The translations under genes and the position numbers were made by a program. A stretch of 38,071 bases of DNA from Octopus sinensis (Eukaryota): positions 1-38,071 of the forward strand of contig NW_021835784.1 of the NCBI RefSeq assembly GCF_006345805.1, given 5' to 3'. Under the pieces are notes generated by a model. It saw only the letters and a list, made by a program, of their open reading frames with translations, was not told the origin of the DNA and made no database searches. The first letter of the stretch is position 1. Each line of letters opens with the position of its first letter. Below, piece after piece: positions 1 to 11,898 of this stretch.

Positions 1-15
1 ACACATACACAGAAA

Positions 16-700
16 ATGTATGTATGTATGTGTCTGTGTATGTATGTGTGTATGTGTGTATGTATGCATGTATGTATGCATATATGTATGTATGCATGCA
101 TGCATGCATGCATGTATGCATGGATGCATGGATGCATGCATGCATGCATGGATGCATGCATGCATGCATGCATGCATGCATGCAAGCATGTATGCATGGA
201 TGCATGTATGTATGTATGTATGTATGATTGTATGTATGCATGTATGTATGCATATATGTATGCATATATGCATGCATGTATGTATGTATGTATCTATGTA
301 TGTATCTGTTTGTATGTATGTATGTATGTATGTATATATGTATGTATACATGCATGTATGTATGTATGTATGCATGTATGTATGCATATATGTATGCATG
401 TATGTATGTATGTATGTATGTATGCATGTATGTATGTATGAATCTATGTTTGTATATATGTATGTATGTATATATGTATGTATGTATGTTTGTATGCATG
501 TATGTATGTATCTATGTTTGTATGTATCTATGTTTGTATGTATGTATGTATGTATTATGTATGTATGTATGTATGCATGCATGTATGTATGTATCTATGT
601 TTGTATGTATGTATGCATATATGTATGCATGTATGTATGTATGTATGTATGTATGTATGCATGTATGTATCTATGTATATATGTATGTATGTATGTATGT
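16..700. repeat. Compound tetranucleotide microsatellite (TATG)n/(TGCA)n
   Basis: Continuous tatg/catg/tgta units; source of the MYVC-type ORFs in the track. Confidence 0.97.
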
Positions 701-1018
701 TTTATTTGTGTATATTTTAGTTTCAAGATTAAGCAGTGTTGTTTACATCCAGCCTGGAACTCTGCCATTGGTTTTTTCTATGTTTCTGGAGCAGTTTTTC
801 TTAATATTTTTTTTTATTTTTCTTCTGTTTCTGATAAACGCAATGTTTATATCGCTACAGGTGGGCGGTTAGTTTGGCATTAACTCGGTAGAGCGCCACA
901 TTAAACCTGTGCGCTTTCTGTTATTGTATTTCTTTGCACTTCTGAATCAAATTCCATTTTTGTTATAAATTTACCATTTATTACAATTTATAATTTGATG
1001 CTTCTGCAAATTCTTAAT

Positions 1019-1156
1019 TAAGGTAAAGGGTGAAGACCCCCTTCGGTCATGAACGACTATGGGATTACACGATTACACCTTGAAAGACCAGCGGAAGCCC
1101 ATGCGTACCAGACTCCCCTCTCTACGCCACCGATGTTATCCAAGGGAAAGGCAAAT
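1019..1156. mobile_element. Internally deleted fragment of an interspersed repeat, probably a SINE
   Basis: aaggtaaagggtgaagacccccttcggtcatgaacgac...gatgttatccaagggaaaggcaaa matches a repeat I recall from octopus DNA; single copy here, so recollection only. Confidence 0.45.
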
Positions 1157-1212
1157 GGAGACACATGGCCTAGTGGTTAGAGCAGCGAATGTCCTTAAGC
1201 AGGAATGTCCTT

Positions 1213-1629
1213 AAGGCGGCGAGCTGGCAGAAACGTTATCACGCCGGGCGAAATGCTTAGCGGTATTTCGTCTGCCGTTACGTTCTGAGTTCGAATTCCG
1301 CCGAGGTCGACTTTGCCTTTCATCCTTTCGGGGTCGATAAATTAAGCACCAGTTACACACTGGCGTCAATATGATCGACTTAATCCTTTTGTCTGTCCTT
1401 GTTTGTCCCCTCTGTGTTTAGCCCCTTGTGGGCAGTAAAGAAATAGGTATTTCGTCTGCCGCTACGTTCTGAGTTCAAATTCTGTCGAGGTCGACTTCGC
1501 CTTTCATCCTTTCGGGGTCGATAGATTAAGTACCAGTTACGCACTGGAGTTGATCTAATCGACTTAATCTCTTTGTCTGTCCTTATTTGTTCCCTCTATG
1601 TTTAGCTCCTTGTGGGCAGTAAAGAAATA
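1213..1629 (+). mobile_element. tRNA-derived SINE family A, with tandem head-less second unit
   Basis: Head ggcggcgagctggcagaaacgtt with B-box-like gagttcgaattcc; body cctttcatcctttcggggtcgataaattaag; second unit starts near 1446; 12-bp TSD aggaatgtcctt at 1201-1212 and 1630-1641. Confidence 0.9.
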
Positions 1630-3284
1630 AGGAATGTCCTTGGAAGCTAAACCGCCTTTTCTGCAGGTACTTGATAACACCACAATGCCAAATTTTGTCC
1701 AAATCCAAGAGAAGTCACTACTAGTTACTTTTGAAGTCTTCTTTGAACAATCAGATGTCAGTTTACTTTGAAAGAAACAATGCAATTATTAATAAGAAGG
1801 GTTGAAATTAATGCATGCAAGATTTCAGAGTTCTGACATCACCCCTACGAATGTTTCAATCCATTCTCCTAAAGATTTCCTTTCATAAGTCCCAAGTTAT
1901 TTTGCTGGTGATGTTGGTGGTGAGGACAGGGAATGTGTATCGTATATGATGCACAGACTCCAGTGAAATATGTTCTGTATATTACATAAACAGGATAGAC
2001 ATGGGGTTAGTATAGGGATGGATGAGCTCCTTCACCTTCAACGAAGTAGGGGATCACTATTGAAAACTTGGTTTTCTTATTATGAATAGGAGACAAGTTA
2101 GCCTGGAGCTAGTCACACCTTTCTACTGTGAGCAAATGAAATGAAGTGGATCAGCCAAGAATTGAACCGGCGACCAGGAACGTGATTAAATAGGAACTTC
2201 TAATGATAGTTTTTTGTTGTTGCTGTGTTAGCCCCAGGTCAGCACCGATGAAGTAAACCAATGATCAAACACGTTCCAGCCATGACCATCTCGTAGTTTC
2301 AGACAATTTATTTCACACTACATTATCAAATATGCCCTTTTTATTATCTTCCAGAGAGAATGCTGCTATTTCTAGCAGATCTGACGTTCTCTTTGTAGTG
2401 TCCGAGATGCAACTTGTTGGTGGAATTGGCAGTAACGATAGAGGAGCAGATTAAAGTTGGGATTAAAGCCACAGCAGTTCTTAGTTTATTGATTCAAGTG
2501 TTCTGGGTTCAAGTACTACCGAAGTCATCTTTAGTATTCTTCCCATCATATGGTCGATTAACTATATCAGTTATCGTAGTTTAACCTCAGGTCCACTCTG
2601 ATCGAATAGAGGTGTTCCAGCCGTGACCAACCATTCCGTCTGTTTAGGATGTCTTATACATTATATAATGTATCCGTCTTGGGTTTAAGACTTAAGGCGG
2701 AATTCGAGGGAAATTTGGTTGATTAGTCTAGCAGATCGAGTAGATGATTCCACGTTGATTAAAAACAAACAGATAATAGTAAAATAGGGGGATAAAGGAT
2801 TCTACAGAAATTGACAGCTTTTTGATGCCACCAAAGAATGTCTCAGTTCGTTTGGTCCATAATGTAGCACCTTTTTTAACTACCTCTAATCCAAACAATC
2901 ACCTAAAAAAACCTATGGCGGGAACAATAACTGACAATAAACAATTTATTTTGTTTTAAGAATTGTTGAGGATTATTTTTGATTCTCGGGTTTAGTTATT
3001 TCTTCACCACGTGCTTCTGTTAGGTCTTTCATTAACAGTTCCCTATTTCCTTCGACAGTTGCTAAATCCTTCTCAGTTATTTTTCTGAAGTCTGATGTCA
3101 CTTAGATAGGGTATCGTGGATCCTGTTACATGGCTACGACAAATCATATCTAACGGTACAATTTACGATGCCATCTTCCTGTCGCACAGCCACCAAACTC
3201 CACGGGGTCATTTATTATTTCAAACACCTCAATTCATGGGCCCACTTCATATTACCTTCTCAAAGCACCGTTAACTCCATAATC

Positions 3285-3483
3285 GGTTTCAATGACATAT
3301 GTGTTCCCCAGCTGAACGGGACGCCAGTCCGTCGCAGCGTTACTCATTTTTGCCAGCTGAGTGGACTGGAGCAACGTGAAATGAAGTGTTTTGCTCAAGA
3401 ACAAAACGCGTCGCCCGGTCCAGGAATCGAAGCCACAATCTTACGATCATGATGCTGACACCCTAACCACTAAGCCACGCGCC

Positions 3484-3487
<4 letters not shown>
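3285..3487 (-). mobile_element. tRNA-derived SINE family C, 3' truncated
   Basis: Minus strand reads gtgaaggcgcgtggcttagtggttagggtgtcagcatc...gtggcttcgattcctgg (A and B boxes); near-identical to 31117-31380. Confidence 0.88.

Positions 3488-3570
<83 letters not shown>
3485..3570. repeat. (CA)n microsatellite
   Basis: About 40 uninterrupted CA units. Confidence 0.97.
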
Positions 3571-4099
3571 CCCATAGATTAATCTTCCTACATAAGTCAT
3601 ATCTCTAACAAGAGGGAGACCATGCTACACATTGCAAGGTGCAGACATGAATCGTATGTTGTGCAGTCTGAGAGTCTGAACATGTTGTTGTCCCTCCACT
3701 GTCTGGTCTATTCTTGTATATTCTAGCGGTGGCCACAGTGGGTGTGGACGGGTCAGGTGGAATCGGTCGGAATACCCGACTGTCTCAAAGAAACGATGAT
3801 GTGCTCCTGGGCTGGATGATGTAATTCTGAGTTGCCTCGACTGGTGGGATGGTCATGGCTGGGATGCATTTGATCATAGACCAGCTCTATCGGAGCTGAC
3901 CTGATGACCACCACCACCAACAACAACAGCAACGGTAGCGCCAACTAAATCAACCAGGTCCTTTCTTAGCAGCAAAAAAGCAGAGAACATCAAATATAAA
4001 CATCACGACTCAACAACAAAAATATACCACACACACACATACACACCACACCACACAGAAGACGAAATTCTGTAGAAGCGAGAGAAAGAGGGAGAGAGT

Positions 4100-4339
4100 G
4101 AGAATGGAAATGGAGTGAGGGAATGAAGGAGAGCGCGAGCGCGCGTATGTTGGCACACGCCAGTCAGAGGAGAAGGAGAAGAAGAGGAAAGGCGGAGAGA
4201 GAGAGAGAGAGATTTTCGAAATGAAACATTAATTGCGTTTTAGTTTCTCAGATCTGTGTCTTGTTGCCTGCGCACAGCTGATGCGTACAGCCGTATCTCT
4301 GTCGAAAACGTCGGCCAACCTGCCATTCAACGAAAGTTG

Positions 4340-4370
<31 letters not shown>

Positions 4371-4521
4371 AAGTAGTACGGGGTTGGTGGTGGTAATCGT
4401 GGTGGGGATTTTGCTGCATGGAATTTGATCTCGTTGCAGAAGGATTTGGTGCTGTAGAGTGGTTTGGTGCTGCACGATTTAATTATGGTTCAGAATGATA
4501 AGACGATTTTGGACTTATGCG
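4100..4521 (+). other. Candidate promoter / first exon with short ATG-initiated segment
   Basis: GA-rich and CpG-rich segment (gagcgcgagcgcgcg), non-TE sequence with a (TAG)n tract, aattATGG at 4485 giving MVQNDKTILDLC, then donor-like CG|gtaaag at 4521/4522 followed by (CA)n. Confidence 0.3.
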
Positions 4522-4567
4522 GTAAAGCTAAGCAGACATATAAAGCTAAGCAGACACACACACGCAC

Positions 4568-4762
4568 CTTTTATCTTTTGCGCCCTGTTTCAGTGTCATT
4601 GTACTGTGGCCATGCTGGGGCACTGCTTGAAAAGTTTAACCGAACTGGTACTTATATACTAATTGGGTCTCTTTTGTCAAACCGTAAAGTTACGGGGACA
4701 AAGACAAATATCAATTCCGGTTGTCGAGCAGTGAAGAAGGCAAACACACACACACACACATA

Positions 4763-4793
<31 letters not shown>

Positions 4794-4830
4794 GACAGGC
4801 CTCTGCATAGTCTCTCCGACAAACAAATTC
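4568..4830 (-). mobile_element. Diverged SINE family B tail with (CA)n spacer
   Basis: ggccatgctggggcac and cgtaaagttacggggaca are reverse complements of family B tail motifs. Confidence 0.7.
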
Positions 4831-5421
4831 ATTCATAAAGCTGTAGTATATATATATATATATATATCCTATATATTATATATATATATATATAATATAT
4901 ATATATATATTATATATATATATTATTATATATATACACATATGATTCTTAGACAAGAATGATAAATTTGTACTCTACAAAAGTATAGAGTATCCCATCA
5001 GGTTAATATAAAATTATTTTTGTTATTATAACTGAACATAAAAACAAACCTATATATATTTATATATATATATAATTCAGATGTAAAGATTTAAAGAGAG
5101 ACCAATTCTTAACTCCAAAGCTTCTACAGAAACTAAAAAAAAAATAGTGAAAGCTAATATCACGTGGAGATTAAACAGCCAATTTAGTGAGATAGTTGAC
5201 CCTATTAAACTCTGGTTGCTCATCGTTTGCTTACTCGGAGCATATTCACAGATAAGCTCAAATCGGTAGCTGTGCTCATTAGATAAAATAGCAAAACTTG
5301 GACATGAAAACGAAAAACGTGTGGTATTAGATAGTAGCAAACATAGTGCAAGACGTACTCAGTCACAACCATTTGGGACATATGTTTTCAATCTGAGGAC
5401 AAGATCATGGCAAACTATCCA

Positions 5422-5828
5422 GGCAGGAGTGGCTGTGTGGTAAGTAGCTTGCTAACCAACAACATGGTTCCGGGTTCAGTCCCACTGCGTGGCATCTTGG
5501 GCAAGTGTCTTCTGCTATAGCCCCGGGCCGACCAATGCCTTGTGAGTGGATTTGGTAGACGGAAACTGAAAGAAGCCTGTCGTATATATGTATATATATG
5601 TATATGTGTGTGTTTGTGTGTGTGTGTGTGTTTGTCCCCCTAGCATTGCTTGACAACCGATGCTGGTGTGTTTACGTCCCCGTAACTTAGCGGTTCGGCA
5701 AAAGAGACCGATAGAATAAGTACTGGGCATACAAAGAATAAGTCCCGGGGTCGATTTGCTCGACTAAAGGCGGTGCTCCAGCATGGCCGCAGTCAAATGA
5801 CTGAAACAAGTAAAAGAGTAAAAGAGTA
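5422..5828 (+). mobile_element. Composite SINE family B (tRNA head, CORE-like segment, internal TA/TG microsatellite, conserved tail)
   Basis: A box tggctgtgtgg, B box ggttcagtccc, ggcatcttgggcaagtg, microsatellite, then gtgtttacgtccccgtaacttagcggttcggc...gactgaaacaagtaaaagag; several other copies in the window. Confidence 0.9.
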
Positions 5829-6221
5829 TATCATAATCAAATATTAGAAAAAAATCTGTCTCTAATTCATGAGACATCGTCCTTTCAAACCAAACCATTG
5901 CTCGAAGCCTGTTGAAGTTGTCAAAGTTCAAGGCTTTCAAAATGGTAACAAACATGTAAGGGTATGCAAAATATTTCTATACCGTGCATAGAGGGTCAGG
6001 ATTTAATAACACTGTGTAAATAAAGTTTTTAGTTTTAAATTTTTGTTTTTGTTCAGTAAGTCTTATCTCCTATTTGCTTCTAGCTAGAAATGAAAAGAAA
6101 TGACTACTATTCCCTTCAAACTTTGCTTTTGCAACCTGGACATCAATGTCTTGAAACTGACCTATTTTCCATTACATTTCAGACAGATTCAGCACTGAGT
6201 TGCTGAAGCAGAAATATCGTT

Positions 6222-6534
6222 ATAGCAAATATTCAGACCTATACCACAGATTTGCTTGTCAATTGCTTGACTTTAACCACACGAGTATGTCCCTTAGTGG
6301 CTGACAATATACTCTTTTTTTTTTTTACTCCTTACTCTTTTACTTGTTTCAGTCATTTGACTGCGGCCATGCTGGAGCACCGCCTTTAGTCGAGCAAATC
6401 GACCCCGGGACTTATTCTTTGTAAGCCCAGTACTTTTTCTATCGGTCTCTTTTGCCGAACCGCTAAGTGACGGGGACGTAAACACATCAGCATCGGTTGT
6501 CAAGCAATGCTAGGGGGACAAACACAGACACACG

Positions 6535-6601
<67 letters not shown>

Positions 6602-7085
6602 GACAGGCTCTTTCAGTTTCCGTCTACCAAATCCACTCACAAGGCATTGGTCGGCCGGGGCTATAGCAGAAGACACTTGCCCAAGATGCCACGCAGTGGG
6701 TCTGAAACCGGAACCATGTGGTTGGTTAGCAAGCTACTTACCACACAACCACTGTGCATCTTTCATCGTAAACAGTAGTGGGGGAGCATGATAGCCGCGT
6801 GTTGAGAGATATTCTTTGAGGTTTGAATAAATGTAACAAAAGCAAAATTTGGAAGAAATATCAGGTATTTTTCATAATTTCTAGGAGCAACCAAGTAGGA
6901 AATAACGATATTCTGCTCAATACCACAGATTTGCTTATCAGTTGCTTGCCTTTAATCAGTTGAACATGTCCCTTTGTGGCTGACAATATGTGCATCTCTG
7001 ATCATGAGGAGGTGTAGTGGGAGAACATCATAGCCATGTGTTGAGAGGGATTCTTTGGGGTTTGAATAAATGTAAAGAAAAGGAA
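6222..7085 (-). mobile_element. Two tandem partial copies of the ~555-bp (AAT)n-associated element; the first is interrupted by a SINE B
   Basis: 6222-6310 plus 6753-6845, and 6908-7085, match the interior of 37342-37897; both units end in tttgaataaatgtaa. Confidence 0.75.
6311..6752 (-). mobile_element. Composite SINE family B
   Basis: Reverse complement of 5422-5828 with a longer (TA)n spacer. Confidence 0.9.
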
Positions 7086-7380
7086 AGTTTCTAGGGGTAA
7101 GCAAATAAGAAATAACATTAACCCAAGGACATAAATCATGTTACAGAGTGTAATTAAAACATTATGAGAAAGTATCAGGAATGGTAATTAGAGCACTAGA
7201 TGTGATAATTAGGTTACTGGATGTGATAATTGGGGTAATGGGTGTGATGAGTAGTGTTAAAAATATATAAACAATAACAAGGCTTACAGCTTTAAGCGCG
7301 GTCTAAAACAGCCCGACTAGTTCCGGCCCATATTTTACACAAGACATTTTCCGTCTCTGTACACAATCCATGACTTATAT

Positions 7381-7772
7381 CAGGGGTTCTCAGCCATTTT
7401 CTAGTATCTCTTGACCCTTTGATTACTATCTTTTTCTGGTGGACCTCCATCCATAGCCATTCAATGTTGAAAAACTAATTTTGTAGACACTGCTTTCAAA
7501 ATCTTTTGTTTTTCAGACATTCACTTGTGTAGTTTGAACTATGACAAAAAAAAAAAAACCTTGCTGTATCTTGCAATAAATTCATACGGTGAAGTACCCA
7601 TGCGTTTAGACGCCACAACATATGTACTTTCTTTACGATGATTTCTTTGTGCATTATGCGTAGGAGTGGCTGTGTGGTAATGGATTCCTAATTTACTATT
7701 TTTACTTGCATGGACCCCTAGAATCTTAAACGGACCTTCAGGGGTCATATGGAACCAGGTTGGGAATCACTG
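7381..7772. mobile_element. hAT (Charlie-like) MITE
   Basis: Termini caggggttctcagcc and ggttgggaatcactg are imperfect 15-bp TIRs of the CAGTGGTTCTCAACC type; flanking 8-mers acttatat / ccctatac are only partly alike. Confidence 0.6.
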
Positions 7773-7802
7773 CCCTATACAATAATCGCCCAATGAACTA
7801 AC

Positions 7803-8075
7803 TGGATCGCGGGTTCAAATCTCAGACCGGACGATGTGTGTGTTTATGAATGAAACACCTAAGCTCCACGCGGCTCCGGCAGAAGGTAATGGCGAAATTT
7901 GTGCTGACTCTTTCCCCACAGCTTTCTCGTAACTTAGCGGTTCGGCAAAAGAGACCGATAGAATAAGTACTAGGCTTACAAAGAATAAGTCTTTCGGTCG
8001 ATTTGTTCGACTAAAGGCGGTGTTCCAGCATGGCCGCAGTCATATGACTGAAACAAATAAAAGAGTAAAAGAAAA
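7803..8075 (+). mobile_element. Chimeric SINE: family D 5' part joined to family B tail
   Basis: 7803-7928 matches 15335-15460; from 7929 gtaacttagcggttcggcaaaagag matches the family B tail. Confidence 0.75.
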
Positions 8076-8260
8076 AAAAGAAGAGTAACCTTAAACGATT
8101 TTCGGAACTTATTGGATTCTCATCAGAGGTTTTTTACATCATTTGACAAATCCCAGGGAAAGAAGTAACCAATCTGCTTATCTACACAGGAAATCCCGTA
8201 TTTACAGAGAACTGGGAGCTACTAAGTAAACATACCGAAAGTGTTTGACACTTCATTTTA

Positions 8261-8398
8261 TAAGGTTGTCCCAAAAGTTCGTAAACACTTGCGAAAATTT
8301 GAATTTTTATGCAATTTTTAATTGTTTGTTTGGGTTTATATTGTTATAGTTACCTTCATCTTTATATTCCAGATTTACGAACTTTTGGGACAACCTAA
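8261..8398. mobile_element. Tc1/mariner MITE, 138 bp
   Basis: 25-bp TIRs taaggttgtcccaaaagttcgtaaa / tttacgaacttttgggacaacctaa (1 mismatch), flanked by TA on both sides. Confidence 0.88.
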
Positions 8399-8450
8399 TA
8401 ATATCATCGGCCTGTCAATTGGAGTTTTAGTTCAGACAGTATCAAAGAAT

Positions 8451-8920
8451 GATAAACTTAGATAAACTTAGATATGTTTCGACCAAAGATTGGTCCAGGC
8501 CATGTCTAACTTAATAGCACCACCTGATAGGATTATCTAAATCCTGTTTAAGTCAAGTTTTGTTTATGGTCCATTCAAGTAGTGAGTTCTTGTTGAGTGA
8601 GTTTTATCCCGGTATGGGTGGCTTATCCGGTATTGCTTGAAGAAATCTGTCCAGACTCCGTTTAAAGGTGATGGGATCCTTTTCCTCTTTGATCTCTTTT
8701 GATACAATGTTAAACATGGCAGGGCCTGTTGAGGAAAAGAAATTATATTGCAGTGTACTTATATGCTGTGATCCTGAATTGGGCAGGGGACGTATGGCCC
8801 GTGATCCCAGCCTTGGATGAACCTGGAAACTAATGTTCAGGTCGTTTGGGCAAAGTTGGCGGTATATTCTCCGCATAGTACAAATGATGTACCGCTCACA
8901 GCGGCGATAGGTGTAACCTA
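8451..8920 (-). mobile_element. 5'-truncated CR1/L2-group LINE 3' end
   Basis: Translation RRCERYII...HPRLG...FFSSTGPAMFNIVSKEIKEEKDPITFKRSLDRFLQAIPDKPPIPG*NSLNKNSLLEW is the typical ORF2 C-terminus; premature stop at 8604; tandem tail (gataaactta)x2. Confidence 0.85.
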
Positions 8921-9231
8921 TGAAGGAGATATATAAACATGGCATAGTTAGCGGTTTCTCCGTGCACACAAATACATACACTATGTCATCGAGAGAGACT
9001 GTGTGGAAGAAGTTTATGTGAAGGATACAGACTGTGGTGCGCATGCGCACGCATCGCTGCAAAACTTCATCTCAGCAAATATGATATAATGTGTATTGGG
9101 TTCATTAGTCTAGTTAATTATATTTGCAGAAGACTACAGACAGGTGCTCTCTCTCTCCTCTCATTTTCCTCTCATAACTGACTCACATATGTTAAACAAC
9201 CGTTAACACACACACACACACACACACACAT

Positions 9232-9275
<44 letters not shown>

Positions 9276-9594
9276 ACACACGCACATTTATACAACTATA
9301 AACATATTTGAAACCGAGCACATCCATTCATACTCACAAATTTAGACACACATCTAATTACTTATATACATTAGGCTACTCTTAATGAGATGCTCTTTTT
9401 TAGCTCTGATATAATCATCATACACACTACACACTACACACACTACACACACACAAACACACGTATAGGCGTATGCGTATATACACAGTTATATACACAA
9501 ACACACGCCTCACACCCAGAGCACTACATATGTGCATACAACACACAAAACCTCATTATGTAGCTGACTACCATACACACGAACAGATAAACAA

Positions 9595-9641
<47 letters not shown>

Positions 9642-10019
9642 TACATTACTTATTACCATAGATACGAATATACGAATGCTAGAGGGAGACAACGAGAGAG
9701 AGAGAGAGGGGTCTATGTAAAAATATCACGAGAGATCTTGTGCCATAGTAAAGCACATACTCGTACATAGATGAACACACTTAGACACACGAGCGCTGCA
9801 ACACTTCTCTGACAACACCGCAGTCATGCTCCGCCACCCATATAAAATACAAAGGTTCACAGATTAATATAAATATATCACTAGACAGCGGTCTGGGGCT
9901 GCATGTAAAGGATCCCCCACAGAAACAGGCATCTTTATTTGCCAACATCTCCTCAGGCATCAATTTACACCGTCTATAAATAATACCACATCACAATATA
10001 TCAGCTCTTTTCTCCTTTT

Positions 10020-10069
10020 ACTATATATATATATATATACCTCGTTCAGAGATATATTTTATATATATA

Positions 10070-10114
<45 letters not shown>

Positions 10115-10202
10115 ATAATATATATATATACATACATATATATATATATATATATACATATATACATACATATTATATATATATATATACATATATACAT
10201 AC

Positions 10203-10270
<68 letters not shown>

Positions 10271-10610
10271 CATATGTATGTATATATATATCTATATATA
10301 CATATATATACATATATATATGCATATATATATAATATATATATATATAATATATACATATATAATACATATATATACATATATATATACATATACATAT
10401 ATATACATATATATATACATATACATATATATGCATATATATATACATATACATATACATATATATGCATATACATATACATATATGCATATATATATGC
10501 ATATACATGCATATATATCTATACATATAGATATATATGCATGTATATATATACACACACACATATACATATATATACATATATATGCATATATATATAT
10601 ATATATATAC
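10020..10610. repeat. Long degenerate (TA)n/(TATACA)n microsatellite
   Basis: About 590 bp of alternating purine-pyrimidine units. Confidence 0.97.
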
Positions 10611-10698
10611 GAGCTCTCTGAACAACTTTTCTGGGTTTTGAGATTTCTAAGTGCGTGTGCTTGTAAGTATATGGATATGGGTGTGTGTAAAATTTATG

Positions 10699-10734
<36 letters not shown>

Positions 10735-11036
10735 ACATGTGTATGTGTATGTGTGAGTGCGTGTGTGTATACATACACGCACACACATTCATGCATGCAC
10801 ACGCATGACACATACCTTGAGCCTCTTTATGTAACTCCCTACGGATCAACAATATACTCAGGTATTGAATTTTACCTATCCTGTTTCCTTCATCAAATAC
10901 ACATACACACATATATGCATGCAAGCGTACGTACCTGTGAGTGCCTATATATATATATGTCTGTGTGTGTGCGTGTGCATGCGTATTTACATATAATATA
11001 AATAATATATGTATATATATATATGCATATATGTGA

Positions 11037-11225
11037 ACAGGACGTCGCCAACTGTGTAAACAACACGAACTACGAAAACAAACGAGTTAAATACGCAAAC
11101 AACGAGAGAAAAAATGGAAAAGAGGACAAGTAATACAGAGAACGAACCTTCATCAGTTGTCGGCTGTCTACTCCTCATTTCGAGCCAGCTCTTCATGTTT
11201 TTTTACACTATTGGTGACGTCCTGT
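11037..11225. mobile_element. Small element with 24-bp inverted ends inside TA-rich DNA, Penelope-like or MITE
   Basis: acaggacgtcgccaactgtgtaaa versus reverse complement acaggacgtcaccaatagtgtaaa (3 mismatches); minus strand contains gaagagctggctcgaaa and ctgatgaagg. Confidence 0.55.
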
Positions 11226-11450
11226 ACCCATATATACATATATTATTCATATTATTATTTAATTGAACGCCACACATCCATTTACAAGTATACACACACA
11301 CACACACGCACATATATAATAATAATAATAATAATAATTATTATTATTATCATTATTTAAAAGCAGTTTGATTCGGCTTCGTACGACTTAAAGTTTCGCG
11401 GGCTTCTAACAGAAGCCTTTATCTTTCGTTTGTCTACTCGTTCATGTCTG

Positions 11451-11487
<37 letters not shown>

Positions 11488-11489
11488 AC

Positions 11490-11898
11490 ACACAAAATGG
11501 CACAAGGACGCAAAACATCCAGACAGTTAGGTGATACAAGAAAGGGACAAAAAAACATCCAGAAAGACGATAGAAAGAAAACAAGGACGGGTCTCGGAGT
11601 TTTCTTTCCTCTGTCGAGTTCCAGATTATCTTCGCAATTTCAGCTGGTTATGCTCGAGATTGCTCCAATCTGGCAAACCCCAAGGAAAAACTAAGCTAAG
11701 ACCATTAGATTCCTTGGAAGAAAGCAGCGAATGTATACGAAAACAAGAACGGAAAAAAACGGAGAAAGTTAGACCAATACAAATAACAGGACATAACAAC
11801 AGGTGTCTTACGAATTAAGCTTACATGTGTGGAAATTAAAGCCTCACGGCAGGGATACAAGATTTCACAGGCACAGGGACAGAAGAAATAAGGAGGGA
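11490..11898. repeat. Unclassified interspersed repeat, possibly a Penelope pLTR fragment
   Basis: Non-coding block between (TCTA)n and (TA)n with internal direct repeat caaaacatccaga / aaaaacatccaga; class from recollection only. Confidence 0.3.

Noticed and set aside
16-883. Long MYVC-repeat ORFs, and similar ORFs at 10.1-10.8, 16.4-17.0, 18.9-19.3, 20.3-20.7, 22.5-22.9, 25.4-26.2 and 33.4-34.3 kb
   Set aside because: Translations of stop-free microsatellites, open in several frames on both strands.
1640-1900. Acceptor-like ttttctgcag with a 30-codon frame, and minus-strand DLDKIWHCGVIKYLQK resembling a LINE RT motif
   Set aside because: Weak donor, many stops in the RT-like frame, and no family recognisable with confidence.
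3753-3944. Signal-peptide-like ORF MALPLLLLLVVVV...
   Set aside because: Starts at TTG, the hydrophobic run comes from (TTG)/(GTG) repeats, and the body overlaps a degenerate repeat also seen at 2235-2300 and 2585-2645.
5422-5500. tRNA-like heads with A and B boxes (also 3400-3487, 15285-15360, 31300-31380)
   Set aside because: These are SINE heads followed by SINE bodies; I could not form a full cloverleaf, so they are not called tRNA genes.
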